Shown: positions 36,999-46,332, counted from the first letter of the stretch. The stretch: 64,000 bases of DNA from Patescibacteria group bacterium (GCA_038061995.1 JBBTYA010000001.1:10441-74440), one strand, 5' to 3'. Made by a program: numbers and translations. The notes: generated by a model not told the origin, from the letters alone.

Positions 36999-38663
36999 TT
37001 AATCAGTCACGATCACATCACCTTCTTCAAGGCCAGAGAGAACTTCTGTGCGGCCGTCGGAGCCGCGAAGTCCTGTTTCTATAGCCACCTCAAATATGCT
37101 CGCTCCTGCTCGCTCCTCAAAGAGAGGCAGCGACGCAAAGCGCTCGGGAAGATCTCCCGTGACGCGCACACGAACCAGTTTTTTGCCTTCTTTCGTAATA
37201 ATATCGCGCGTAGGAACGAAGAGCACTCCTGTGCGCGCATCGGTTTGAATGTCTATGTCCGCCGTTAATCCAGGCAAGATATCATCATGCTGTTCGTCAA
37301 ATTGGAGTGTCACGCGATATGTTGCGACACTCTCCTGCACTTGCGCTGCGGGATCGATGTGCACGACATGCGCAGGAATTTGGCGCTCTTGGCCGTATGC
37401 GTCGAGTACCACGCGCGCAACATCTCCGATTTGTACTTTCGTAATATCAGCCTCTGAAATGGCGGCCTCTATTTCAAATCGCGCGTCACTAATCAGCGAT
37501 ACTGCAGATGTTTGTGGCTGAACAATTTGTCCACGCTCTACATCTACCGAAGTAATCGTACCTGCAAAGGGAGCGGTAAGTGTAAACTTACTCAATTGCG
37601 CTTCAACGAGCGCGAGATTCGCTTGTGCCTGCTCAAGCTGTGCTCGTGCGACTTGCACGTCAAAAGATTCTGCCGGAGCCTCTCCCTGCGCAAGGCGCGT
37701 GCGCGCATCACGCACCGTATTCTCTGCCGTCACCACTGATTGGCGTTGCGTTGTCACAAGCTTCAACTGTGCCGCAACTGTATCGAGCTCTGCAGTAACT
37801 GCAGCACGATCAGTAGCAGTGGCATCAGGTGCGCTTGAAAGCCTTCCCTGCATGAGCTGTAACGCACGTTGCGTTGCTTCAAGTGAGCGCTGGACCGACT
37901 CAAGATACATGGTGAGATCGTCGCTATTCTGTGCCGCAGTAATCTGCCCGCGAAGACCTCCGGTTAAGGAGAGGAAATACCACGCCTGCGTGCGCCCAAG
38001 GTTCCCTTCACCTATCAGCATCTGCAATGCGGTTGATTTCGCATCTGCAAGAGGGCCGGCATCAACACTTGATCCTGCGAAATAGGTATATTGAATATCG
38101 GTAAACGTTTCAAAAGAGTTCAAAGCCGACTGCACTGCAGTTGAAAGGATGCTATAGGTCCCGGAACCTTTCGTCTCTGAAAGAGTACGCTCTGCATTCG
38201 CGAGCGTTGTTTTAAGTACGTCAATATCTTCGGTACGCTTTCCTGCAAGCAATTGATCAAGCTTTGCTTGGGATGCTTTTACAGTGGCTACTTCACGTTG
38301 ACGTTGCGCAATCAGTTCGCCGCCATCTATACGTACGAGTACCTGGCCAGCGCGAACAGCGTCACCAACTCCGACGGGAATGCTTATCACCCGCCCTGAC
38401 CGCTCAAATGCGAGATCCACTGCCTCAGCAGCTTCTACGCGTCCCGTCACGCTTACCTCTTGAACAATATCACCACGCTGCACCACCAAAAGGCCAGCGT
38501 TGCTCTCTTCCTCCCCGCCGGATATAAGAGAAAGTACAATAAAAGCACCAATAATACCTGCGAGAGAACGCCACGGATGATGCTTCATCCACGGCCACAA
38601 TGCTTGGAAAAACCCACGCATACGAGAGAGAAATACAGTAAACATAGGATGCGAAATATACAA
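36999..38663 (-). CDS. HlyD/MacA-family periplasmic adaptor subunit with a long coiled-coil
   Basis: N-terminal TM helix, a biotin-lipoyl-like beta region (VTGRVEAAEAVDLAFERSGRV), and an extended coiled-coil. Confidence 0.7.
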   Translation of the reverse strand: MYISHPMFTVFLSRMRGFFQALWPWMKHHPWRSLAGIIGAFIVLSLISGGEEESNAGLLVVQRGDIVQEVSVTGRVEAAEAVDLAFERSGRVISIPVGVGDAVRAGQVLVRIDGGELIAQRQREVATVKASQAKLDQLLAGKRTEDIDVLKTTLANAERTLSETKGSGTYSILSTAVQSALNSFETFTDIQYTYFAGSSVDAGPLADAKSTALQMLIGEGNLGRTQAWYFLSLTGGLRGQITAAQNSDDLTMYLESVQRSLEATQRALQLMQGRLSSAPDATATDRAAVTAELDTVAAQLKLVTTQRQSVVTAENTVRDARTRLAQGEAPAESFDVQVARAQLEQAQANLALVEAQLSKFTLTAPFAGTITSVDVERGQIVQPQTSAVSLISDARFEIEAAISEADITKVQIGDVARVVLDAYGQERQIPAHVVHIDPAAQVQESVATYRVTLQFDEQHDDILPGLTADIDIQTDARTGVLFVPTRDIITKEGKKLVRVRVTGDLPERFASLPLFEERAGASIFEVAIETGLRGSDGRTEVLSGLEEGDVIVTD

Positions 38664-38680
38664 AAAAAAATCAGCTTACG

Positions 38681-39562
38681 TCAACGCGCCGCATGCGCCT
38701 CAAGTACAGTAGAAACCAGAGCATCTGAACCCTTCTGCCCCTTGTAAACCGCCGCAATACACTCGAGAAATGGGAGCCGTATATGTGCTTGCTGCGCAGA
38801 CGAGTGCATAGAGAGGAGCGCACGAATGCCCTCACTGCCCGCTGGGATATCTTCACCGTCAGCAAGTGCTCTTCCAATGCGTGCGTGGCCCGTATCGCCG
38901 CTAAAAGCTGTGGCGATCAGATCCGCAACACTCGCAGTGAAAAGCGCGTGATCATCGCGCGATGGTGCAAATACATCCATCTCGTGAATAGCGCACGCAC
39001 TCGCGAGTCCAGCGACATTCCATCCCGCGAGAGCGCGCACGGCACTCACGCCGATTGCGTACACATTTTTGAGCGCATTGCGACGTGCAACAACATCAAT
39101 CTGTTTCGTCCACGCAACAGTGATACCACCGGTCGCCAGAGATGCTCGCACGGCGATCGCGGTACTTTCTTCATCACTACCAACTATAAGCATGGTTGGG
39201 GCGCCCGCACGCACTTCTTCAGCAATACATGCACCACCAAGAATTCCCCAAGCACGATGCTTCACGAATATGCGTGCAGCAATTTCATCGGGGCGCCTAT
39301 CGCGATCGATACCTTTTGTAGCAATACAAATCGCCGCACTCTCCGGAGTACATGACGCCACAGTTTCTAGTGCGCCAACAAGACCACCCGACGGCACACA
39401 TACATACACAAGCTCTGCTGCTGCAAGTGCTTCTTCGCATGTTGCGTGCGTGCGGGGTTTCGTCGGCGTCGCGTCCCAGAGAGAGAGCGCATGCTCGCCA
39501 GCCCGCACAGCGTGTGCGAGAGCGCTTCCCAACTCCCCCGTACCAATAATAGTAACGCGCAT
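38681..39562 (-). CDS. gpsA: NAD(P)H-dependent glycerol-3-phosphate dehydrogenase-like protein
   Basis: N-terminal Rossmann motif VTIIGTGELGSALA and a GpsA-like core. Confidence 0.65.
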   Translation of the reverse strand: MRVTIIGTGELGSALAHAVRAGEHALSLWDATPTKPRTHATCEEALAAAELVYVCVPSGGLVGALETVASCTPESAAICIATKGIDRDRRPDEIAARIFVKHRAWGILGGACIAEEVRAGAPTMLIVGSDEESTAIAVRASLATGGITVAWTKQIDVVARRNALKNVYAIGVSAVRALAGWNVAGLASACAIHEMDVFAPSRDDHALFTASVADLIATAFSGDTGHARIGRALADGEDIPAGSEGIRALLSMHSSAQQAHIRLPFLECIAAVYKGQKGSDALVSTVLEAHAAR

Positions 39563-39610
39563 AAATAAGGAGACCTTGCTCTTCCTCCTAGTATACCACT
39601 ACACTACAGC

Positions 39611-40636
39611 ATGCCTGATGATATCCTCGCCCCATACGACTACACCCTTCCCGAAGAGCTCATCGCGAAGCGGCCAGCGTCACCACGTGACGCCGCTCGC
39701 CTTCTTGTCTATACCGCGGCACAGAAAGGTATAACCGATACCATCTTTTCTCGTATAGAATCCTTTCTGCCCCATGACGCGCTTATAGTCCTCAATGATA
39801 CGCGCGTGCTCCCCGCGCGCGTACATTTCACGAAGAGTACGGGAGGAGCCGTTGCACTTCTCTATATCTCTCATACAGACAGCGCATCTCTCTGGTGGTC
39901 ACCAAAGCCGCTACGCCCGGGCGAAAAGCTTAGTTGCGGCCCATATTCTCTCTCGGTGATCGAACGCTCTCCGGATGGCTACACCTGCTCACTCCCAACA
40001 GCTCCGGAAGAACTATTCACTTTTTTGGAAACATACGGTACCACCCCACTTCCTCCCTATATAAAAAACACGCCTCTCTCAGAAGAAGAGGCGCGTACTG
40101 AGTATCAAACAGTATTTGCACAAACGCGAGGATCAGTAGCTGCGCCGACAGCATCACTCCATTTCACGCCAGAGTTACTTCATACCATTAAAAAAACGCA
40201 TGAAGTTATTTCCGTCACTCTGCACGTGAATCGTGGCACATTCGCACCAGTAAGCGAATTGCAGCTCGCCCAAAACGCACTGCACAGCGAGTGGTATCAC
40301 GTGAGTCAGCCAGCTATCAATGCAATTCGCACTGCGCGAGATACCGGGCGACCGATCATCGCCGTGGGCACAACCGTTATCAGGGTATTAGAAACAATTG
40401 CACGCGATGAGCGATGGGAAGCACACAGCGGTACGACAGATATCTTTATTCGCCCGCCACAGCGCCTCCAGCTTGTCACCGGATGCGTGACAAATTTTCA
40501 TGTGCCACGCTCCAGTCTTTTAATGCTGATTGCGACTATGACGGGACGAGGTGAGCTCATGCGCATCTACACGCACGCAATTGCAGAACACTATCGTTTC
40601 TTCTCGTTTGGAGACGCCATGCTCATTCTCCCTTAG
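39611..40636 (+). CDS. queA: S-adenosylmethionine:tRNA ribosyltransferase-isomerase
   Basis: YDYTLPEELIAKRPASPRD start, and the VGTTVIRVLE and THAIAEHYRFFSFGDAML motifs. Confidence 0.85.
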   Translation: MPDDILAPYDYTLPEELIAKRPASPRDAARLLVYTAAQKGITDTIFSRIESFLPHDALIVLNDTRVLPARVHFTKSTGGAVALLYISHTDSASLWWSPKPLRPGEKLSCGPYSLSVIERSPDGYTCSLPTAPEELFTFLETYGTTPLPPYIKNTPLSEEEARTEYQTVFAQTRGSVAAPTASLHFTPELLHTIKKTHEVISVTLHVNRGTFAPVSELQLAQNALHSEWYHVSQPAINAIRTARDTGRPIIAVGTTVIRVLETIARDERWEAHSGTTDIFIRPPQRLQLVTGCVTNFHVPRSSLLMLIATMTGRGELMRIYTHAIAEHYRFFSFGDAMLILP

Positions 40637-42315
40637 AGAGTTGGGGCTGGAGAAAGTGTCGGGGATGGGAACAGCGCATCACGAATAGGAATCAGTTCTG
40701 GAAGCAATGCAACGCCAGCGCGCTCAAGGAAGAGAATATGCTCACGAGCCTCATCGATACGGCCTGTCTGCGCTGTTAGTAGTGCGAGACCTTGATGCGC
40801 GAATGAGTACCACGGATTGATGGCAAGCGCCTGGCGCCAAAGTTGTTCCGCCCCCGCTTCCTTTCCTTGGAACAAAAGTGTGATCGCGAGATTGTGATAC
40901 GCGGGAGGAAATCCTGGGTTTCGCTCTATCTCTTTAGCAAATGCATCTTGCGCGGCAGGAATATTATGCATAAACAGATATACAGACCCAATGTTGTTCC
41001 ACACACGCTTTGCTTCTGGGTGTAACGCGAGTGCGCGTTGGTGTAAAAAGAGTGCTTGTCCTACATTGCGCTTGCGGAAAAATTCTGTACCGAGACCGTC
41101 TTGTGCGCGAGCAAGGCCAGGAGATTGCGCAGCGGCAAGCGTCCAATACGTTTCGCTATCTTTAAACGCCGGCAAACGCTGTACCGTGTGAAAAGCGAAG
41201 AACACTGCAACGACAACCAGCGCTCCACGTGCAATCATGAGTGGCTTTCGCGGGAGAAGACGCACTAAACTAAGCGCTGCGATCATAATGCCTACCATTG
41301 GCATGTAGAGGCGATTCTCGAAAAAGACCTGGCGCGCAGTTGGCTCGTTCGTCACGAGCGACGGAAGCAGAAAGAGCACAAACCACACGAATCCAAATTG
41401 TGCGAGCTGTGTTTTCTTTCGAAAGACAATAATGGTGATAAGCGCACCGAGCGCCAACACGCCACCAATGATCATATTCGTAGGATCGCCCGTTGGCATA
41501 AGCGCTAAACGAACAGGAACCACTGCTTTCGTGATGTATTCCAAAAAGGCACCGCCTGATCGCAGTACAGAGAGGATCGCCTCACCAAAGGAAAGTGTTT
41601 GAACATGTGCCAGTGCTAATGTACGAGCGATGGCGTAGAGTATCCAACCACCAACCCAGACAATGCCTTCTGAAAGTGTGAACGCAGTGCGCCAATGCCA
41701 GCGACGCACTAGTACCACGTACGCATAGGCGACTAGTGGCAACACCACGGCGTATTCTTTCGCACCGAGCGCAATGATCCAGAATAGTGCGTGCGCAAAA
41801 AGATACCAGCGCTTCTGCGTGTGGGTATAGCGAATAAAGAACCAAAAACTCGCCAAGAGAGGAATAGCAGCGAGAATGTCATTTCGCCCAGGCACCCATG
41901 CCACTGCGGGCACCAGTGCAGGATGCGCGGCAAATGCGAGTGCGCCACCGAGCGCGGCCCATGGACCGAAACTCAACGCGCGCAACACGGCAAGTACAAG
42001 CAGGGCCCCCATAGCATGGAGCGCGATGTTCATACCGTGGTACCACAGTGGACGCTCGCCAGCGATATGCGCATCTACCATGAAGGAGAGCGTTTGCACG
42101 GGACGATAGAACACCGAGCGACCAAAAGGATACGCCGTATCAGTTGTAAACGCTTTTGGTACGTTTTCTATACTCTGTAAGAAACTTTGACGATCAATAA
42201 TCAGTTCATCTTCATCAAAATGAACAAAATTAAAACGAAGCGCCTGCGCATAGAGTGCGCAGACACATATGAGAAGCACAGCAACCTGTACCTTCCCTGA
42301 AGGCAAGTACCGCAT
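40633..42315 (-). CDS. Polytopic membrane protein with C-terminal TPR repeats (possible ArnT/PMT_2-like glycosyltransferase)
   Basis: More than 10 TM helices at the N-terminus, and C-terminal TPR motifs (ALHPEAKRVWNNIGSVY..., AYHNLAITLLFQG). Confidence 0.55.
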   Translation of the reverse strand: MRYLPSGKVQVAVLLICVCALYAQALRFNFVHFDEDELIIDRQSFLQSIENVPKAFTTDTAYPFGRSVFYRPVQTLSFMVDAHIAGERPLWYHGMNIALHAMGALLVLAVLRALSFGPWAALGGALAFAAHPALVPAVAWVPGRNDILAAIPLLASFWFFIRYTHTQKRWYLFAHALFWIIALGAKEYAVVLPLVAYAYVVLVRRWHWRTAFTLSEGIVWVGGWILYAIARTLALAHVQTLSFGEAILSVLRSGGAFLEYITKAVVPVRLALMPTGDPTNMIIGGVLALGALITIIVFRKKTQLAQFGFVWFVLFLLPSLVTNEPTARQVFFENRLYMPMVGIMIAALSLVRLLPRKPLMIARGALVVVAVFFAFHTVQRLPAFKDSETYWTLAAAQSPGLARAQDGLGTEFFRKRNVGQALFLHQRALALHPEAKRVWNNIGSVYLFMHNIPAAQDAFAKEIERNPGFPPAYHNLAITLLFQGKEAGAEQLWRQALAINPWYSFAHQGLALLTAQTGRIDEAREHILFLERAGVALLPELIPIRDALFPSPTLSPAPTL

Positions 42316-42349
42316 GGATTTTTACTCTAGCATGGCGTCCTAAAAAAGC

Positions 42350-42602
42350 AATAAAAAATGAACGCCCCCACGATCTCTCGTGGGGGCTGGGGTTGTTCTC
42401 GGCTACCGCGCTAGCGGTAGCCGGCGGGCAACCCCTTCTCGGGGCTCCAGGCACCCAGCTTCTCGCTGGGCCGGAGCCAGGGGGCCGCGGGGGCCGCCTG
42501 GTGCGTGCCCCGCGTGATGCACGCGGGGGTACGGCGCGTCGGCTTGTGAACCATAGTTCACCTCCTGTCTTTAATTATAGCACGTAATAGTATAAAAGTC
42601 AA
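42350..42602 (-). promoter_or_regulatory. Compact expression unit. It consists of a canonical promoter (TTGACT, 17 nt, TATAAT), a perfect Shine-Dalgarno sequence (AGGAGGTGA), a 47-codon GC-rich ORF (42411-42554) made of consecutive perfect hairpins, and a rho-independent terminator. It lies 35-60 nt upstream of the TPR membrane gene. It is either a candidate structured leader/ncRNA or a small protein gene.
   Basis: The -35 is at 42597-42602 and the -10 at 42574-42579. ATG is at 42554 and the stop TAG at 42411. The peptide is MVHKPTRRTPACITRGTHQAAPAAPWLRPSEKLGAWSPEKGLPAGYR. The RNA folds into 9-10-bp perfect stems (cccccgcgtg/cacgcgggg, cggctaccgc/gcggtagccg). The terminator is cccccacga...tcgtggggg plus TTTTTT. 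Confidence 0.4.
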
Positions 42603-42609
42603 CTCCTCT

Positions 42610-43212
42610 TTACGGGCGGTTTACGAGGAGAGAAAAGGGGTTTAATGCCTCTCGGCGCAGATACATCCCTAGGTGAAGGTGCGGTGGTGTTGTCACCGCA
42701 TTGCCCGTATTACCCACAAATCCAATCACTGTATCAGTGGTCACCCACTGCCCTGCCGCTATACCTTCGGCAGATCTATCGAGGTGAGCGTAGTAATAGC
42801 GAAGTCCTCCCGCACCAGCGATCCACACTGTGTTGCCGCCCAGCTCTCGATCTTCTTGAACGCGCACAACGTATCCCTTCGTTGCAGAAAAAATAGGCGT
42901 TCCACGAGATGCAAAAATATCTTGCCCTTCATGCCCGCGATCTTCACCGCGAGGCGCACCCCATGTATCGCTCACTTGGCGCACTGAAACGCCATAGACA
43001 GGCATCACCAACACTGCATCAGGTTCCTGCGCGCTTAAGCGTGCAAGCTTCAAAGGAAACGTGATACGGAATAAAAAAGAGTCTATATACTCTGCAATGC
43101 GTAACGTAGCGTCGGGATGCGTTTCAGGAAAGCGTACTATAAAAAACGCGCCCCAGATAAGCGCGACTACAGCGATACAGGTACCAGCAAAAAGAATGAA
43201 CCGTTGCTGCAT
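42610..43212 (-). CDS. M23-family metallopeptidase
   Basis: HEGQDIF, YAHLD and GNTGNAVTTPPHLHLG motifs (HxxxD ... HxH). Confidence 0.75.
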   Translation of the reverse strand: MQQRFILFAGTCIAVVALIWGAFFIVRFPETHPDATLRIAEYIDSFLFRITFPLKLARLSAQEPDAVLVMPVYGVSVRQVSDTWGAPRGEDRGHEGQDIFASRGTPIFSATKGYVVRVQEDRELGGNTVWIAGAGGLRYYYAHLDRSAEGIAAGQWVTTDTVIGFVGNTGNAVTTPPHLHLGMYLRREALNPFSLLVNRP

Positions 43213-43221
43213 GTCACAGTA

Positions 43222-43740
43222 TTATAACGTACGGCTGTCATATGCCCAATGAAGAAGCGCCTGGCGCTGTTTCGGACGGCATGTAACATCTCCCGCCTTG
43301 CAGTTTTTGCGCACTTGCGCGACGTGGCGCCGAATTGCCTTCCAGCGCTTGATCTGCCGTGCATCTTCTTCTGGCATGCGACGGCCCATATAATACCGAC
43401 AGTACCACTGAAACCACCCGCGAGGATCATCGGGGTGGATCCACCCCTTCTTCTGCCAGACAGAAAGCGGTTGGCTCGCCCGAACCTTAAAAAAGTTTAT
43501 CGAGGGATCATGCCTTTCGGGAGAAAGCTTCGCGTGCATGAACCAATCTGCAGGAAACTCATCACGACAATCGGTCATGTATTTTCCTCCAAAGACACCA
43601 AGTGCGAGCATCTCCTTTGGCGAAAGGCCTGGCGTAAAAACGGGATCAAACTGTTTGCCCATTGGCGCAACGCACCCATATGAATACCCGCGTTGCATTT
43701 TGTCATGCACAACAATCATGCGCTTGGAGACCATACTCAC
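43222..43740 (-). CDS. Hypothetical protein with a W/Y-rich conserved block (GWFQWYCRYYMGRR...IKRWK)
   Basis: 172-aa ORF. The motif was noted but the family is not recalled with confidence. Confidence 0.4.
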   Translation of the reverse strand: MSMVSKRMIVVHDKMQRGYSYGCVAPMGKQFDPVFTPGLSPKEMLALGVFGGKYMTDCRDEFPADWFMHAKLSPERHDPSINFFKVRASQPLSVWQKKGWIHPDDPRGWFQWYCRYYMGRRMPEEDARQIKRWKAIRRHVAQVRKNCKAGDVTCRPKQRQALLHWAYDSRTL

Positions 43741-44117
43741 TATTGGAAAGCGACAGAAAAACTATACATCCCCATAGCACAGACACCGCGCATAGTCGTG
43801 CCGGGAGTCTGCGCTGGAACAGGAATACGCGTTTCACCAGACATTGGCAGGTTCGCACGATACTCGAGAGCTGGAATAGTGAGGGCGCCTGAACAGTCAA
43901 AAGTCCCCTGAGTTATTACGTTAAAGACAGTTGGTAGATTCGCAGATGCCATGGTCTGACGCGGAGCATAGCCACCCTTCGCATAAATAGTAACCACCTG
44001 CACGCCATCAACGACGGCCACATTGTTCTCGTATGATTGGTTATCCCCGCGCGAGAAAAGAAGAGAACCCGCTACTAATGCTATCGCGGCCACCATGGCG
44101 CCAATAATTAATTTCAT
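43740..44117 (-). CDS. Hypothetical secreted/periplasmic protein
   Basis: N-terminal hydrophobic helix (MKLIIGAMVAAIALVAGSLLF), then a domain with Cys/Met residues. Confidence 0.35.
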   Translation of the reverse strand: MKLIIGAMVAAIALVAGSLLFSRGDNQSYENNVAVVDGVQVVTIYAKGGYAPRQTMASANLPTVFNVITQGTFDCSGALTIPALEYRANLPMSGETRIPVPAQTPGTTMRGVCAMGMYSFSVAFQ

Positions 44118-44147
44118 AACAGTGTATCGAGTGTAGCACGACAACCA

Positions 44148-45167
44148 CTAAAAGCCGAGGATCGGTGGCAGTACACCGAGGGCAACCATGCTATTGATCG
44201 CGTTTAGGATGCCGAAGAATAATACGACCAGCCCAGCGGTTTTAAAGAAAACGCTCGACTGCTTCTTTGTACGCACCCCCAGAGACCCGAAGCTCAAGAG
44301 CGCCAATACTGGCAACGTACCGAGCGCAAAGAAAAGCATAGTGAGCCCACCCGCCATAAACCCTCCCACAGATAACGTATAGATCTGCATTGACTGTGTA
44401 AAACCGCACGGCAAGAAGAACGTTGCAACACCCGCAACAAGGGGAAAGATGGAGCTGTGGAGAGCCCGCGTTTTTTGCACCGATGCACCGAAGAATGCTG
44501 GAAGTGACGGTTGTAGTTTACGCGCCCAAGGAAATACATCAAGTAAATTAAGTCCGAGGATCATGAGCACCAGCGCTACGATCATCCCCAAGAGGAACGT
44601 CCCCGTAGCTCCGAGCTGGAACGATGCGCCAACCATACCGATCACACCCCCAAGGACAAAGAAGGAAATAAGGCGCCCTACATGAAATAGAAGCTGCGGT
44701 CGCATCTTCTCACCCTCTTGAGCAAAGTGCGTTGAGAGCGAGAGCACGAGGCCACCAACGACCGCCATACATGTTGAGATAGATGCGATAGCACCAATAA
44801 GAAATGCGGTGCCATACCCTACCTCTGATGCATTTACCCAATTCACCACTCCCATACTCTGTAAAAGAATAAACACTCCAACAAAGATACCCGCGAATGG
44901 GAGCGCGAGCGCAAAATCACCCCATCGCGCCTGGTGCGCTTCCTGAACAAGCGAAACGGTGTATCCATGCGGTTGCATCACCGCAGTAAGGTCTTCGGCG
45001 ATATGCTGCGGTTGCTTGTCACCGAAATCACCGGTAACGGTAATAGTCTTTGTATCAAGCGATGCACGTATGTGTGAGACTTCAGGCAACTCCCCTATAA
45101 GCGTTTCTGACAAAGCAGCGCAAGATTTGCAACGCATGCCATTAAGGTGAAATGTGTATGTACTCAT
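44148..45167 (-). CDS. Heavy-metal-associated (HMA) domain fused to a DsbD/CcdA-like thiol-disulfide transmembrane permease
   Basis: N-terminal HMA motif GMRCKSCA, then about six TM helices with Cys residues in TM segments (STCMAVVGG, FFLPCGFTQ). Confidence 0.6.
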   Translation of the reverse strand: MSTYTFHLNGMRCKSCAALSETLIGELPEVSHIRASLDTKTITVTGDFGDKQPQHIAEDLTAVMQPHGYTVSLVQEAHQARWGDFALALPFAGIFVGVFILLQSMGVVNWVNASEVGYGTAFLIGAIASISTCMAVVGGLVLSLSTHFAQEGEKMRPQLLFHVGRLISFFVLGGVIGMVGASFQLGATGTFLLGMIVALVLMILGLNLLDVFPWARKLQPSLPAFFGASVQKTRALHSSIFPLVAGVATFFLPCGFTQSMQIYTLSVGGFMAGGLTMLFFALGTLPVLALLSFGSLGVRTKKQSSVFFKTAGLVVLFFGILNAINSMVALGVLPPILGF

Positions 45168-45168
45168 T

Positions 45169-45438
45169 TTATTTTCGCTTCAAACGATATACGGTTAATA
45201 TCTCTTCCTGCGCCTTCTGTGTCTGCCCTGCGCGGATTTGCTCTACGACACAGGTGTTTAAATGCCCCTCCAGCAATAGGTCTTCGACGCGAGAAAGCCC
45301 CTGTTTTACGGCCGATGTTTGCGCAATAACGTCGATACAATAGACGCCCTTCTCCACGAGGTCTTGCAAGCCACGCACCTGACCTTCAATAATTTTGAGG
45401 CGGCGTACTATAGAATGTATGTTTGGTATGCGTGTCAT
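45169..45438 (-). CDS. csoR: CsoR/RcnR-family metal-sensing transcriptional repressor
   Basis: 89 aa with the Cys, His, Cys pattern of the CsoR family (YCIDVIAQ...LEGHLNTCV). Confidence 0.75.
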   Translation of the reverse strand: MTRIPNIHSIVRRLKIIEGQVRGLQDLVEKGVYCIDVIAQTSAVKQGLSRVEDLLLEGHLNTCVVEQIRAGQTQKAQEEILTVYRLKRK

Positions 45439-45449
45439 AGATACGGTGT

Positions 45450-45635
45450 ATGAAAAGTGAGGGATGAGGCCGTATAAACGACCCCACCCCTCGTGTTAGG
45501 GAGCAGCTCGAACGAGAGCTACTCCCTGGTACCGCAGCCCTCTTCGCAGTGGGCCACGGCCCGAAGGAACCACTTGCAGCGCATGGTGCACCTCCTTTCA
45601 CATTCCAGTATACCCCCCTGGGGTATCTATGTCAA
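45450..45635 (-). promoter_or_regulatory. Leader unit upstream of csoR. It consists of a canonical promoter (TTGACA, 17 nt, TATACT), a Shine-Dalgarno sequence (AAGGAGGTG), a 21-codon Cys-containing ORF (45519-45584) and a terminator-like hairpin ~10 nt before the csoR start.
   Basis: The -35 is at 45630-45635 and the -10 at 45607-45612. The peptide is MRCKWFLRAVAHCEEGCGTRE. A hairpin gggagtagctc/gagctgctccc is followed by gaggg...ccctc and TTTTCAT. Confidence 0.35.
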
Positions 45636-46115
45636 TAGGCTGTTCAGTTGATAAATGCTCCAGTTTAGATATGCCGCAAAACTCACCCACGCGATGTAGG
45701 GCACAAGCAAAAGCGTCGCAGTGCGTGAAATAGGGTAAAACGCACGCATAGTTGCAAGAATCGCAATGATTAAAAAGAGAATCTCAATGAACGCGGCCCC
45801 GGGATTTCGCAGGCCAAAAAACACAATGGACCAGAGCGTATTAAGCCCGAGCTGAATAAGAAAGATGCCGAGCGCTACACGAACATCCTGCCGACGCATT
45901 CCCCTTTCCCACACCAACCATACTGCAATGCCCATGAGAAAAAAGAGGGTGACCCACACGGGGCCGAACACCCAGCTTGGCGGCGCGAACGCTGGCCTTA
46001 AGAGATACACGTACCAGCTCGAGATGGCATTCACCGTAAAGAACGATCCGAGAATTCCAGCGAGTTGAGAAGCGCTAATAGTAATAACGAGTCGGAGAAA
46101 TGAGTTACGCTTCAT
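45627..46115 (-). CDS. tspO: TspO/MBR (tryptophan-rich sensory protein) family membrane protein
   Basis: Five TM helices with PPSWVFGPVWVTLFFLMGIAVWLVW. Confidence 0.8.
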   Translation of the reverse strand: MKRNSFLRLVITISASQLAGILGSFFTVNAISSWYVYLLRPAFAPPSWVFGPVWVTLFFLMGIAVWLVWERGMRRQDVRVALGIFLIQLGLNTLWSIVFFGLRNPGAAFIEILFLIIAILATMRAFYPISRTATLLLVPYIAWVSFAAYLNWSIYQLNSLLT

Positions 46116-46162
46116 TACACACTAGTATACCACTGAATATGCTACAGCACATAAGAAAACAC

Positions 46163-46190
46163 AAAAACCGCGCAGTGCGCGGCTCTCATG
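46163..46190 (-). terminator. Rho-independent terminator after rpmH
   Basis: Minus-strand stem ccgcgca ctg tgcgcgg followed by tttttgtgtttt. Confidence 0.45.
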
Positions 46191-46203
46191 AGTGTAAAAA
46201 CGT

Positions 46204-46332
46204 TATTTCGATTTCTTTGTCTTGCGTGCGGCAAGCATTGCGTGCTTGATCGCCATGCGCTTACTCGTCTTGTGAGAGCGAGGTTTATTTTTAAGTGAAT
46301 TGTGCCCAAGGGCGCCACGTCGTTTTGCCATA
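46204..46332 (-). CDS. rpmH: 50S ribosomal protein L34 (42 aa; below the ORF-track cutoff)
   Basis: The translation MAKRRGALGHNSLKNKPRSHKTSKRMAIKHAMLAARKTKKSK aligns with the L34 consensus ...SxLKRxRSHGFRARMATKxGRxVLAARRxKGR. A TATGAT -10 element lies 8 nt upstream of the ATG. Confidence 0.6.

Noticed and set aside
42393-42587. Track ORF 42393-42587 (+) of 64 aa, rich in Gly, Ala and Arg
   Set aside because: It lies antisense to the promoter, SD and terminator unit on the minus strand. It has no RBS or promoter of its own, and its composition is a GC artefact.
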